From: an uncultured virus (IMG/VR IMGVR_UViG_3300025652_007805)
Lineage: Duplodnaviria; Heunggongvirae; Uroviricota; Caudoviricetes
Length of the DNA stretch: 64,000 bases
Direction: 5' to 3' (one strand)
Virus record (IMG/VR): IMGVR_UViG_3300025652_007805
Span: 1 to 64,000 of that record
Under the pieces are notes generated by a model, which ran no database searches, was not told the origin of the DNA, and worked only from the letters and a program-made list of their open reading frames with translations. A program made the position numbers and the translations under genes. Shown here one piece after another: positions 48,232 to 58,247 of this stretch (position 1 is the stretch's first letter; each line of letters starts with the position of its first letter).

Positions 48232-49167
48232 CTATGTTATAAACACTTTTTTGCTTAAAATAGAATTAGCACCAGGTATGATTGCGTCATTTAAATGATC
48301 TATATCATTTATGGTTTCATTATATAGACCTGTTAACATACTTCTTATATTTTGAATATTTTCTGCTGCATTCGCACCAGCGACAGTACTCATTGCACCA
48401 GCGGTTAGTGGTATTAATGCTGCTGTGTTTACTGTTATTTGTTGTATTAAACTTTGAAGAATTTTAAGTTTTTTCCGATTGATCTCATTGTTTTGTTTCA
48501 AATAAGAAATTAAATTCTCGCCCAATACTGCTGGTTGCATATCGTCTTCACCTTGATTTCCAACAATAAGTTCAATTCTTGGATTATCAATCTCTGTACC
48601 GTCTGCTCTTAGTTCTCCGCCAGAACCAAATCCGTCTGCTCTAGCACCACCTGCGTAAATTCTAACACTTTCTCTACCAACAACTCTTGTACAATCTGAT
48701 TTTATAACAATAGCAGATAGATCTGAGGGGTCCGACCCAAAGACATTTGAAAAACCAAGGTATTCGTCTATATTGATTGCTTTTTGAGTAATATAAACTC
48801 TAGCTGCATCGGCAAAAAAATTATTATCCACAACTGTATTGCTGTCTATTGGTTTTGTTGAATCTCTTTCAAGTGATTTCCAAATTGTAGAGGAAATTCT
48901 ACCTGATACTATATCTATCATTCCACATTGAGTGTCTCCGCGACCACCGCAGCCAGACATTTCGCCGCCTGGCTTGTCTCTTCCAAGGACAATATAAGTA
49001 TTATTTTTGCCTGAGTATATTTTCTCACAATCAGAAGGATCATAATATGGTAATGATTCAGCTATCTCGGTGCAACCAATTCCATTCGCAGCTTTGGAGC
49101 CAAGTAGACGAGAGTTTTTTATAAATTGTAGCACTTTTGAATCTAAGTTTGTTGCTTTTTTTGTCAT
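48232..49167 (-). CDS. Putative baseplate hub/spike (gp5 C-terminal-like) protein
   Basis: NNTYIVLGRD, IDIVSGR, DAARVYITQK, QPAVLGENL, SILSKKVF; position before gp25. Confidence 0.45.
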   Translation of the reverse strand: MTKKATNLDSKVLQFIKNSRLLGSKAANGIGCTEIAESLPYYDPSDCEKIYSGKNNTYIVLGRDKPGGEMSGCGGRGDTQCGMIDIVSGRISSTIWKSLERDSTKPIDSNTVVDNNFFADAARVYITQKAINIDEYLGFSNVFGSDPSDLSAIVIKSDCTRVVGRESVRIYAGGARADGFGSGGELRADGTEIDNPRIELIVGNQGEDDMQPAVLGENLISYLKQNNEINRKKLKILQSLIQQITVNTAALIPLTAGAMSTVAGANAAENIQNIRSMLTGLYNETINDIDHLNDAIIPGANSILSKKVFIT

Positions 49168-49179
49168 TTTATTTTTCCT

Positions 49180-50511
49180 TTATAAAGCGTCATAGAATCT
49201 TTTAGTTCTTTCTAAAAAGTCTTTCCAATTCCAGTAATTCCCTGTGTCTTTTCCGTACCGTTTTCCTTTTTTTGTTTTTCCAATTGTTGCACCAGGTCCA
49301 ATTTTACCTTTTGGATTAAAATCTTCATGCCCAATTAATACTTGCCTGGTGGGCTGAAGGTTCCATCTTTTACAGATACCGGCGCACAGCTTTGCAGTTG
49401 CGTTAAGTAATTTATCATTGTACATTTCAGAATAAATACCGCCAGACCCTTTACCGGGGCCGTTTTGAGGGAAGCCGACCATTTCAATACCTATACTTAT
49501 TTTGTTTTTTGTACCACCGCTATGTTGAGCAATGTCTTTTTCGGCTGCCCCTTGAACTACTTCTCCTCCTCCGTCAACACAATAATGTATCGATGTGTTT
49601 CTGTTTGTTCTTACTTCACCATTCTTGCAAATTGTTTTGTCAGGAAGTCCTGCGCCAGATCTCAGTACGTCTTCACATGGAGGGTTCTCTATCACATCCC
49701 CTGAAGGGCTTGTCCATTTATAAGTCCCAGCGGGACCTGTATGAAACCAATTAATAAGAGTTCGCGCTCTACCGGGCCCAGGGGGCCCTTGACTTCCATG
49801 TAATACAATAAGTTCAATATCACCTGGTTTTCTGTTTGCTTCTCTTACATTCATTCCACGCTTACCAGGATACAAAAAGCCAGTCGTATCATTGGGACCC
49901 GATGTTTGAGATAGTGAACCAATAATATTACCTGATTTTCCTCTTGATGCTTGTAGTGCTCCAATACCGCCAGCAGCTATTATCAAGTCATTGTCTCTTC
50001 CAACTGAGTTTAGTTCAAATCTAATATCTCTAGCTTTACCATTATTATCCATACCTTCACCAAAAGTACAAACCACAACATCGCCAATTGCTAATAATAT
50101 TGACTGTCCATTTCCTGAAGGACTAACTGAACGAGCTTCAAAATGAGCCGCTACTGCATTTAAAGCCATTTCTCCTTGTATTATATCTGTATTTGTTAGT
50201 TGAAAGTCAGAAAAATCCCAAGGGGCTGGTGTGGCTGAGACCCATTCTGGTCTTACCATAACTTCATAATAATTAGCTGGTTTGTATCCGTCTACAACCG
50301 TTGTAACTCTTGTTCCACTGGACTCGTCAACAAGGAATCGTGCTTTAACAGATAATATTGTTGCTCTAAATGGACCTATGTCTTTTAAAGAATTATTATA
50401 AGCGTCATTAATCATGTCAGAATAAAGTTGCTTATCTAGTGATAGTGCCACTTTAGGATTAGATCTGGCTTGATTATCTGCTGCTAATGTATTTTTGGTT
50501 GTTGTAGCCAT
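49180..50511 (-). CDS. Tail-associated protein with C-terminal Amidase_2 (N-acetylmuramoyl-L-alanine amidase) fold
   Basis: IVLHGS, SIHYCVD, AQHSG, SIGIEMVG, LIGHEDF, K..PG..W.W. Confidence 0.75.
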   Translation of the reverse strand: MATTTKNTLAADNQARSNPKVALSLDKQLYSDMINDAYNNSLKDIGPFRATILSVKARFLVDESSGTRVTTVVDGYKPANYYEVMVRPEWVSATPAPWDFSDFQLTNTDIIQGEMALNAVAAHFEARSVSPSGNGQSILLAIGDVVVCTFGEGMDNNGKARDIRFELNSVGRDNDLIIAAGGIGALQASRGKSGNIIGSLSQTSGPNDTTGFLYPGKRGMNVREANRKPGDIELIVLHGSQGPPGPGRARTLINWFHTGPAGTYKWTSPSGDVIENPPCEDVLRSGAGLPDKTICKNGEVRTNRNTSIHYCVDGGGEVVQGAAEKDIAQHSGGTKNKISIGIEMVGFPQNGPGKGSGGIYSEMYNDKLLNATAKLCAGICKRWNLQPTRQVLIGHEDFNPKGKIGPGATIGKTKKGKRYGKDTGNYWNWKDFLERTKRFYDAL

Positions 50512-50805
50512 TTATTCTTTTTCCTCTTCTTTGGAAATCATTTCATAAATACCGTCCATATCAGCAGCAGTAAGTCTATCTGCTCCTTCTTTTTTCGCCA
50601 TTAAATTAGCAACCTTTACCAGTTGTTCATTAGATCTTTGAAGAGTCTCGACATATTTTGATAAAGTAATCCCTATCTCTCTATGTCGAGATTCATCCTT
50701 TGCAAGCCACTTTATAGCATCATCAAGGAGTTCTTTCGTAACTTCTCTATCTTTTCTAATGTTATTGACTGCTTCTTCTAAATATGTGTCTACTTTTTTG
50801 GCCAT
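50512..50805 (-). CDS. Hypothetical helical protein
   Basis: 97 aa; KYVETLQRSNEQLVKV. Confidence 0.6.
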   Translation of the reverse strand: MAKKVDTYLEEAVNNIRKDREVTKELLDDAIKWLAKDESRHREIGITLSKYVETLQRSNEQLVKVANLMAKKEGADRLTAADMDGIYEMISKEEEKE

Positions 50806-50809
50806 AGTA

Positions 50810-50823
50810 AAACTAATTAGTTT
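50810..50823 (-). promoter_or_regulatory. Palindromic copy of putative late-promoter motif (AAACTAATTAGTTT)
   Basis: Perfect 14-bp palindrome between the sigma gene and the first structural-block gene. Confidence 0.5.
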
Positions 50824-50826
50824 CCT

Positions 50827-51513
50827 TTAAATTTTACCATTATCCCAATCAGCCTTGAATAAGAAATATCGTTTTCGTAGTTTGTTTAACTGAGAGACGA
50901 TTTGTTTTGTATTGAGACCAGTAAGCTCTCGTAAATATAAGTAAACTGCTTTTTTATTAAAAATTTCTATGTCTTCAACAGAATTAAGAATGGTTCTTAC
51001 GGCATTATAGACTTTTCGTTCGTTCTCTTTCATATCGTTGGTTTCCCAGCATTCAATCTCGGACCACAAAGATTTCCAAAAGTCTCTAAATTCTTGTTCT
51101 GCTGGGAAAGGATTGTAAGTTATGATCTTTTCTTCATCAACCTGCTTTAAGGCGTCTTCATAATCAACCTCACGTTTGGCTCGCTTGGATGTTTGTTTTA
51201 CTTTATGAATAAACCAGTTCTTTGTGATTACAGAGAAGTAAGAGAATGCTTTGGAACCACGGTTTGGATCATACTTGGAAAGTATGGTGGTTAACCATAT
51301 CTTACATTCGTCTCTTAATTCGTCTATATTCGGAAGAGTTGTAAACTTATATGTATAAACAATCTTATCGACCATTTCATTAAATGCTGGTTGTATCCAG
51401 TCTACATATAATTTGGTTCTTATTACGTTGTCACTTGTGCTGCAATATTTAACTATCGCGTCTTCGTGAACCTGCGTAAAATACATTCTCTTCGTTGATT
51501 TGCGTCTCGCCAT
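50827..51513 (-). CDS. Phage RNA polymerase sigma factor (probably late, gp55-analogous)
   Basis: Region-2-like KYDPNRGSKAFSYFSVITKNWFI; C-terminal HTH-like LRELTGLNTKQIV. Confidence 0.75.
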   Translation of the reverse strand: MARRKSTKRMYFTQVHEDAIVKYCSTSDNVIRTKLYVDWIQPAFNEMVDKIVYTYKFTTLPNIDELRDECKIWLTTILSKYDPNRGSKAFSYFSVITKNWFIHKVKQTSKRAKREVDYEDALKQVDEEKIITYNPFPAEQEFRDFWKSLWSEIECWETNDMKENERKVYNAVRTILNSVEDIEIFNKKAVYLYLRELTGLNTKQIVSQLNKLRKRYFLFKADWDNGKI

Positions 51514-51859
51514 CAGGCTGATCTCCTTTTAAATTTTGTTCTTCTTCTTCTTCTTCTTCATATATTTCCTCAAATGGTGTTGTTATTGAGTAAACGTCTT
51601 CGTAATCTTCTAATATTTCTAATAAACTTGTTGTATGAGACATTAAATGCTTTATGGTTTCGTCTCCATAATACATTTCCATCCCATATATATTTCTCAA
51701 ATGTTCTCGGTAATTTGCCACCAGAGTGGTCAAATCTTCTAAATTTTGGGAGGTATAAATGAACCCCGGTAATACCCGCCTCATATACCAAAAAGCCAAA
51801 GAATTGGCCATTACGGACACTAAAAACACTATTATGAGTGTAGTTTCTAAAGTTGTCAT
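51449..51859 (-). CDS. Hypothetical membrane-anchored protein
   Basis: N-terminal TM; EMYYGDETI; acidic tail. Confidence 0.6.
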   Translation of the reverse strand: MTTLETTLIIVFLVSVMANSLAFWYMRRVLPGFIYTSQNLEDLTTLVANYREHLRNIYGMEMYYGDETIKHLMSHTTSLLEILEDYEDVYSITTPFEEIYEEEEEEEQNLKGDQPDGETQINEENVFYAGSRRRDS

Positions 51860-52137
51860 TACGGTTCATACTCCCAGGAAGTTGCTTCCTTTTTTTGCTG
51901 CTTTAAAATTTCAGCATTTTCAGAAATTGCCTCTCTCACATTAGCACCGGCATTTCTGTTTTTTTGTCTCCAGTTGTCTTCTTCATAATCTGAAGTTCTA
52001 ATATTGGGCATTTGCGGGATACGACGGAGACAAGAAGACGACGAACAAAGTTCGCAATAATCTTGTCTTTCCGTCATTCCATGCACAGTTTCAAAATCAC
52101 CATTACATTCATTACAATGATAAACGTATTTAGGCAT
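51859..52137 (-). CDS. FmdB-family zinc-ribbon protein
   Basis: MPKYVYHCNEC..DFE...CELC. Confidence 0.8.
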   Translation of the reverse strand: MPKYVYHCNECNGDFETVHGMTERQDYCELCSSSSCLRRIPQMPNIRTSDYEEDNWRQKNRNAGANVREAISENAEILKQQKKEATSWEYEP

Positions 52138-52340
52138 TAACTATTTGTTTCCGTTGTTGTGGTGCCTGGTGACTTCATTGTTGGTGCCTTAACACTCGGT
52201 GGATTTGTAACAACAACTTGGTTAGTGTCGTCCACCTCTAATTTGAATCCTTGAAGAACAGGTACAATGTCTGTTTGTTCCATCAAAGATTTTTGAAGAG
52301 CCATCATTACGGCTCCTACTGCTTGATCACTTAGTTTCAT
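52137..52340 (-). CDS. Small hypothetical protein
   Basis: 67 aa, SD AGGAG, coupled to neighbours. Confidence 0.6.
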   Translation of the reverse strand: MKLSDQAVGAVMMALQKSLMEQTDIVPVLQGFKLEVDDTNQVVVTNPPSVKAPTMKSPGTTTTETNS

Positions 52341-53158
52341 GTTTTCTCCTTTTTAAAACATTTATTTAGACCTTCGTCTATTGAAATTTTTGGTTGCCAA
52401 CCAAGGTCCTTTAGGTCACTAATATCAGCACAAGAGTGCCTGATATCTCCTATTCTTTCTGGTTGTTTTTTCCAGATTACATTATGATGATGATTTATAA
52501 ATTTCTTTATATAGTTTAAAGTAATTGGCTTTCCTGTTCCTACGTTTAAAACCTTTCCGTTGAATTTTTTATCGTTTTTCATACAAAAGATGTTTGCTGA
52601 TACAATGTCGGATAAATGTATAAAGTCCCTTGTCTGGTTACCGTCGCCATCTATTCGAAGTGGTTTATTTTGCTTTATCATTTCCATCCAAGCTGAAATT
52701 GCTGTTGAATATGCTCCTCCAAACTCCTGATTTTCAGAATAAACATTGTAATATCTCAAACATACAGTATCTAAGCCATAAAGATCAGAATATAGTTTAC
52801 ATTCCAGTTCGTTCATTAATTTATGCAACCCGTAAGGGGACTTTGGTTCTCCGTCATTTACAGCAGCAGAAGAAGAAAATATGACTCTTTTGACTTTATT
52901 TAGTACACTCCACTCTAAAAGAACCGATGTGGCTAAGACATTTTGTTTTAATGTATAAGAAGGGTTCTCAATAGAATAGGACACTTTTGGATAAGCAGAT
53001 AGGTGAAAAACATAATCATAAGATTCTCTCGGAAGGCAGTGTAAAATATCGTCACCTTCTTTCAAATCAATACCCGTTGTTTCAAAACCTTGTCTTATTA
53101 ATTCATCATAAATTTTTGAACCAATATATCCTTTGTGTCCCGTTACAAGAACTTTCAT
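52337..53158 (-). CDS. NAD-dependent epimerase/dehydratase (extended SDR)
   Basis: VLVTGHKGYIGS, FSSSAA, SPYGLHK, LRYYNVY, GDGNQTRDFIH. Confidence 0.9.
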   Translation of the reverse strand: MKVLVTGHKGYIGSKIYDELIRQGFETTGIDLKEGDDILHCLPRESYDYVFHLSAYPKVSYSIENPSYTLKQNVLATSVLLEWSVLNKVKRVIFSSSAAVNDGEPKSPYGLHKLMNELECKLYSDLYGLDTVCLRYYNVYSENQEFGGAYSTAISAWMEMIKQNKPLRIDGDGNQTRDFIHLSDIVSANIFCMKNDKKFNGKVLNVGTGKPITLNYIKKFINHHHNVIWKKQPERIGDIRHSCADISDLKDLGWQPKISIDEGLNKCFKKEKT

Positions 53159-54132
53159 AGTATTTTTTTCTCACGCAATTTTTCAAAACAATTATCCCAA
53201 TTTTTAAATTCAACTGCTTTGTCATCAATATAACATACTGCTCTTGGTTTTTCTGCTGTTACTTTACTAACAAACCTAGCCATATCATGTTTTTTGAGCC
53301 AGTCCCACACTAATTCAATACCAGATTTGCCATTTACAAGTCCACGATCTGGCTTTGCTTTTGCAGTATACATAATGATTGTGTACTCTTTTGAAATCTT
53401 CTCAAGAGCTTGATATGCCCCTGGAACTGGTTCATCGTATATTGTTCCATCGTAATACCCTTTAGAGCATAAATGTATTACACCATCAAAATCAATTCCA
53501 ATATTTATTTTTTCATCTGGGTAGCTATGTTTTCTGATTTTTCCACCTTTCCAATTTAATTTTTCTAATTCTTCGGGTGAGTTTTGCCCAATAGGGGGAC
53601 AAATATTACCAGAACCATGTGTTAGTTGATATTGTAACAAAAGAGTTAAGCATTCCGCTGTGTGGTAGTATTCTACATCTAGCACAACTTGTGTTAAATT
53701 TTTAATTTCCACATCAATAGGTTTTGCCGTTATTAGACAAGCTTGCATTCCATTGTCTGTTGCCCATTGGAGTGCTTTGATTACATCTTTTGATTTACCA
53801 GAAGAAGAAATTCCATATACGAGTGATTTTTTCATTTGGGGCTTTGTTCTGGTTGATGTTCGGGACCGTAACCATGCAACCATCCATTGATCAAAGCTGG
53901 TATCATTAATTAATGAAGTTGCTACTACGCAACTACCGGGACACATTGCATTTTTTGTACCATTAGAAAGTCTCGTCATATCAACAGCGGTGTGATCGGC
54001 AACGCCCATGTTACCACCGTGCCCTAGAACATAAATATCATTACAATCATTGTATTTTGATTGTAGTGTTTTCCACTCCTCACTACACACTACTTCAACA
54101 AATTTTTCACCTATGTTTTCAAAATTTAACAT
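53155..54132 (-). CDS. SIS-domain sugar-phosphate isomerase (GmhA-like) fused to HAD phosphatase
   Basis: LGHGGN..VADH, GISSSGKSKDVIKAL; C-terminal IDFDGVIH...YIDDKA. Confidence 0.75.
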   Translation of the reverse strand: MLNFENIGEKFVEVVCSEEWKTLQSKYNDCNDIYVLGHGGNMGVADHTAVDMTRLSNGTKNAMCPGSCVVATSLINDTSFDQWMVAWLRSRTSTRTKPQMKKSLVYGISSSGKSKDVIKALQWATDNGMQACLITAKPIDVEIKNLTQVVLDVEYYHTAECLTLLLQYQLTHGSGNICPPIGQNSPEELEKLNWKGGKIRKHSYPDEKINIGIDFDGVIHLCSKGYYDGTIYDEPVPGAYQALEKISKEYTIIMYTAKAKPDRGLVNGKSGIELVWDWLKKHDMARFVSKVTAEKPRAVCYIDDKAVEFKNWDNCFEKLREKKIL

Positions 54133-54805
54133 CTTTTAGAATCTCCTTATTATATTCTATTACAGCAATAGTATCCATGCCTAAACATTTTAGTCCATAA
54201 TTTTTATATTTATGGATCTCTTTATTAATATTTTTTGGTATGTGAACAGCCATCTTATCTTTGTTTAAAATTTTATTCACCTTATCAATATAACACAAAA
54301 ATTCTTCATCGTCAAACTGTCCTGGCTTATTTAAACTCAATGAAAGGTCATATGGTCCGATTAAATAATAGTCAAAATTAAACTTTATTATTTCTTTCAA
54401 ATTATCAACCGCTTTTTTACTCTCAATTTGAGGAATAATTATTGGGTCTGATTGAATCAGGTTCTTTTCTCCCCATAAGTTTTGGCGAACGAGGCCCAAG
54501 CCTCTTTTACCTTTTGGGGAATAGTAGCAATATTCTATTATTTTTTCACACTGTTTTTTAGTTTCTACTGTTGACAAAATTAACCCATCCACAGCAGCAT
54601 CTAAACAATATCGAATCATAGTTTTTGAAATTTCAGTTAAACGAACAAAACACTTTTTTTGGGATGCTTTTATAACTTGAATACAAGAGAATAATGTTTC
54701 ATTATCATAACATCCGTGTTCTGTGTCTAAGACAACTCCATCAAAATTGTGACACATTATTTCAGAAATTAATGGAGAGGGTATTTGCTGCCAGGACAAA
54801 ATCAT
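54119..54805 (-). CDS. HpcH/HpaI class II pyruvate aldolase
   Basis: LDTEHG, VRL, PKGKRGLG, QIESKKAVDNL, IGPYDLS. Confidence 0.88.
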   Translation of the reverse strand: MILSWQQIPSPLISEIMCHNFDGVVLDTEHGCYDNETLFSCIQVIKASQKKCFVRLTEISKTMIRYCLDAAVDGLILSTVETKKQCEKIIEYCYYSPKGKRGLGLVRQNLWGEKNLIQSDPIIIPQIESKKAVDNLKEIIKFNFDYYLIGPYDLSLSLNKPGQFDDEEFLCYIDKVNKILNKDKMAVHIPKNINKEIHKYKNYGLKCLGMDTIAVIEYNKEILKDVKF

Positions 54806-55260
54806 TTGTTTTCCTCATATAGAGATATAAAGTCTGAGCATATCCCATAACAATTTAATATTTCTTCTTTTTTGTATTTTGCATTTTCGGGCATTACAGC
54901 TATGGAATTGTCGCTAAGAACAGACCCAGGGTATGCCCATATTATATTATTACTAGTAAGAGTGTAATCGTCATTTTGATGCCAAAAGAATCTATATTTG
55001 TCTTGCATATGTTTTGAAAAAAAATTTAAACAATTAAGATTTTTTGCATGTATCCATAAACTATTTTTTCTATTCATAATCCATTCTATATTTACTTTAT
55101 GTTGAGCAGTATCGTGTCCAAGAAAAAAACAATTGTCAATTATTCTAATATCTGTTTCTACATCGTATCCCATAGAAATAGCACTATCAATATAGATAGG
55201 GTCGTTTTCTAAAGCAATATTTTTACCACTTATATTTCCTCTATGAGAAATGAAAATCAT
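54802..55260 (-). CDS. Glycerophosphodiester-phosphodiesterase-like protein
   Basis: ISHRGN, EN, DVETD, LGHD, WIHAKN, GICSD; start revised to ATG 55260. Confidence 0.7.
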   Translation of the reverse strand: MIFISHRGNISGKNIALENDPIYIDSAISMGYDVETDIRIIDNCFFLGHDTAQHKVNIEWIMNRKNSLWIHAKNLNCLNFFSKHMQDKYRFFWHQNDDYTLTSNNIIWAYPGSVLSDNSIAVMPENAKYKKEEILNCYGICSDFISLYEENK

Positions 55261-55964
55261 GACTTTATAACATACGCAGAGGGGCAAATATAATTCAAAG
55301 ATTTTACTTGAACATTTTTATTTTTAAAAAACTTATCAACACCTTCAGATTCCGACCATTTATGAAAAGCATATTCGTCAAACACAACTATCCCACCACT
55401 CACAACTCTATCCCACATATTTTTTAAAGTTTCATAAGTTGGCTCCCCTAGGTCTAAATCAATATACAATAGAGAAATTCTAAACCCTGGTCTTTCGGAA
55501 ACAAATTGCTTGGTCGTCTCAATAACATCCCCCGCCACTAAATCAAATTCATGTTCCATAAATCCCATATTTTTGATATTTTCAGAAAAGTATTTTACGC
55601 AATTACTACTATGTTCGAAATTCCTATCTTTAAATAATGTACTCATTGCCTCTTTATCGATACCACTGAGAGATTCAATCAATTTTTTAGAATTATAAAA
55701 GTCAAAACCAATTACTTTTTTAAGTGTATTCGGGCACAAATATTTTTTTAATTTAAGGAAAGTTAGAAGACCAGTTCCCTTAAATACACCGCATTCAACT
55801 ATGTCTCCAGGTAAATCCTTAACTTGATTAAAAAGAAGCGTCCTAGCTAAAAGTTTTCCAAATATTTTTGTATCTGAACTTAATATAAATCCGTTGAAAT
55901 TATCATAAAGTTTTTGATCTATATCTATAATTTCTAAATCTTTTAAATTCATTTTATTTGCCAT
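55257..55964 (-). CDS. TylF/MycF-family sugar O-methyltransferase-like protein
   Basis: PGDIVECGVFKG, GFDF, LLYIDLD, GGIVVFDEY. Confidence 0.82.
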   Translation of the reverse strand: MANKMNLKDLEIIDIDQKLYDNFNGFILSSDTKIFGKLLARTLLFNQVKDLPGDIVECGVFKGTGLLTFLKLKKYLCPNTLKKVIGFDFYNSKKLIESLSGIDKEAMSTLFKDRNFEHSSNCVKYFSENIKNMGFMEHEFDLVAGDVIETTKQFVSERPGFRISLLYIDLDLGEPTYETLKNMWDRVVSGGIVVFDEYAFHKWSESEGVDKFFKNKNVQVKSLNYICPSAYVIKS

Positions 55965-57324
55965 GATTCTTATTAAAATTATCTAAATCTTCAGGTGTTC
56001 CAATGCCCCACATTCCTTCAAAATGAAATGTTTTAATTTTTTTACCTGCTTCTATGGCTTGATTAAAAACAGGGCAAACATAAAATTCATTATTAAATCT
56101 TACATTTTTTTCAATCATTTGTTCGGCATACTTAACATAATCACTTCCATGCTTCCAATAATAGATTCCTGCTGTGGCTATATCACTAATTGGTTTCTTT
56201 TCTGCTACTTCGGTCACTAAGCCGTCAATATTTGTCTTAGCAAAACTCCACTTTGGGTGAGTTGCTTTAAATGTTAACATTCCACCATCAATGCCATCTG
56301 CTTCCATAGAATACATAAATTCATTACTATCCCAGTCTAAGAATTGATCAGAGTTAGCAAATATTAGAGGATCTTCATTGTTGATAAATTCTTTTGCTAG
56401 CAAAGTTGTGCATGCAGCACCCTCCGTCATTCCATCTACTTGGACAATTTCACAATCTGGTGAAATTAAATTTAAAAGGTGTTTTAAATTATAATTTTCA
56501 TAATGTTCTTTCTGGACGACAAAAATATGTCTTGCATCTATGTTCAAGTTTTCAACCACTAGTTGAATCATTGGTTTGCCACGAACCTCTATTAGAGGCT
56601 TGGGGAAAGTATAGCCAGCTTTTGCAAATCTAGATCCAGCACCGGCCATTGGTATTAATACGTTCATTTTTCCTCCCTGCCATTTTGGTTTAATATTCTC
56701 TTTGCTATCAATCTGATTAATTTGATTTTTTATCTTTTCATATGTCACATCTGAGGTGTTTTTAACAGCACACAGGTGGCCGCCACTATTAATTGCTGCT
56801 TTTCTTCCGTGATGAGAATCCTCAATTATAATAGTTTCGTTCGGATCAACATTCGCCCTCAACATACACCTTAAATAAATTTCAGAACTTGGTTTAGGTT
56901 TCGTTACATCTTGATTTGAATATAGAAAATCAATATATTCAAAAAAACCTTTTCTTATAAGTTGTAACTTTGCGGTTTTTCGTATAGAATTTGTTGCACA
57001 AGCAACCATATATCCATCATTTTTAAGTTTTTTTAATATATCACGCATTCTGCGGTCAATACTAAAGTTATCAATAATATCAACGGTTTTTTTCTGCTTT
57101 AATTTCCAAACAGCATCATGAAATTCTAAAGGAAGATTTTTATTTTGTGTCAACATTTTTAATTTTTTAGTTGTTGACAGTCCGTCATATAAAGATAAGT
57201 GTTCTTGGCGTCCAATTATATACTTTTTATCAATATCTGATAAGGCCGCATTTAATGCTTCATAATGTATTTCTCTTGCATCAACAAGAACACCGTCTAA
57301 ATCAAAAACTACTAATTTAATCAT
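55954..57324 (-). CDS. HAD phosphatase fused to NDP-sugar pyrophosphorylase-type nucleotidyltransferase
   Basis: FDLDGVL, KPKP, IIEDS; IPMAGAGSRF...PKPLI, EKKPIS, NEFYVCP, GTPEDL. Confidence 0.85.
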   Translation of the reverse strand: MIKLVVFDLDGVLVDAREIHYEALNAALSDIDKKYIIGRQEHLSLYDGLSTTKKLKMLTQNKNLPLEFHDAVWKLKQKKTVDIIDNFSIDRRMRDILKKLKNDGYMVACATNSIRKTAKLQLIRKGFFEYIDFLYSNQDVTKPKPSSEIYLRCMLRANVDPNETIIIEDSHHGRKAAINSGGHLCAVKNTSDVTYEKIKNQINQIDSKENIKPKWQGGKMNVLIPMAGAGSRFAKAGYTFPKPLIEVRGKPMIQLVVENLNIDARHIFVVQKEHYENYNLKHLLNLISPDCEIVQVDGMTEGAACTTLLAKEFINNEDPLIFANSDQFLDWDSNEFMYSMEADGIDGGMLTFKATHPKWSFAKTNIDGLVTEVAEKKPISDIATAGIYYWKHGSDYVKYAEQMIEKNVRFNNEFYVCPVFNQAIEAGKKIKTFHFEGMWGIGTPEDLDNFNKNHGK

Positions 57325-58247
57325 TTTCTAAATTTTTCTCCTTTTTTGGTTGGATGTGTGTCTATATCACCACTTTTACCAAGATCTAACCAAGTATCCC
57401 CTTTTCTCCATCCAATATAATTTTTATCAACAAGTTCTATATCTTTTTCAAAATAATAATATTGAACAAAATTTGGCACCATTGGTGGAGAAGGGGGGTT
57501 CTCAACAAAGTCTTTTGTCCAATTAGTAAGCCAACCATAATAAGCTGGTTGTTTTTTCCATGTATCTTTCCATTTCCAATAAAAAATCTGTGTTGTGTGA
57601 TACCATGCTTCATCCCACAGGTCATTAGATTTTATTTTCATCCAATCAGAATTGTTTCCTTGGTATTCATTAGTATCCAATGGCAATGCATCATTGTTAT
57701 TTAACAATCTACTATGTGAAATATCATTTATCATTGAATTATTTTTATTATATATTAATGCTCTAATATAATAATCAGCCTCTTTATTACCAGGGGTTAA
57801 GAATCTTTCATCCCACATACCAATTTTTTTAACAGCCTCTGGTCTGTAACTGATTATATTATCTCCGAGACAGCCGGTAACAAAAGTATATTTCTTATGA
57901 AGTTTCAAAAGATTTGTTGCCCAATTAGGATGTAAAACAATATCATTTTGCATTGTTACAACAATTTTTGTTTCAGGGCTGTTCAGGTCTTTAAACCCAT
58001 GAACCAAGGCTTGGTTCCAGTTTCTAGCGAGATTACCGGTGTCCCAATCTGGTCTTGCATTGTTGTGAATAACATTTACTTTATCAACAAACTCTTCATC
58101 CAAGTGAAAGTCTGAGTGGTTGTTGATGATATTTACTTCTGTGTTTGGCACCAGTGAGAAGTCTGTTTTGTTGAATAAGGTGTCTAAGGTTTTGTTTAAA
58201 ATTTCTTTTCTACGATATGTGACAATATAGACTTTTATGTTTTTCAT
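57321..58247 (-). CDS. Glycosyltransferase (GT-A/GT2-like)
   Basis: VYIVTY, ARNWNQ, MQND, KIGMWDERF...EADY; start revised to MKNIKVY at 58247. Confidence 0.65.
   Translation of the reverse strand: MKNIKVYIVTYRRKEILNKTLDTLFNKTDFSLVPNTEVNIINNHSDFHLDEEFVDKVNVIHNNARPDWDTGNLARNWNQALVHGFKDLNSPETKIVVTMQNDIVLHPNWATNLLKLHKKYTFVTGCLGDNIISYRPEAVKKIGMWDERFLTPGNKEADYYIRALIYNKNNSMINDISHSRLLNNNDALPLDTNEYQGNNSDWMKIKSNDLWDEAWYHTTQIFYWKWKDTWKKQPAYYGWLTNWTKDFVENPPSPPMVPNFVQYYYFEKDIELVDKNYIGWRKGDTWLDLGKSGDIDTHPTKKGEKFRK

Noticed and set aside
50512..50805. Small terminase subunit
   Set aside because: Size and helicity fit, but there is no diagnostic motif and it is far from terL
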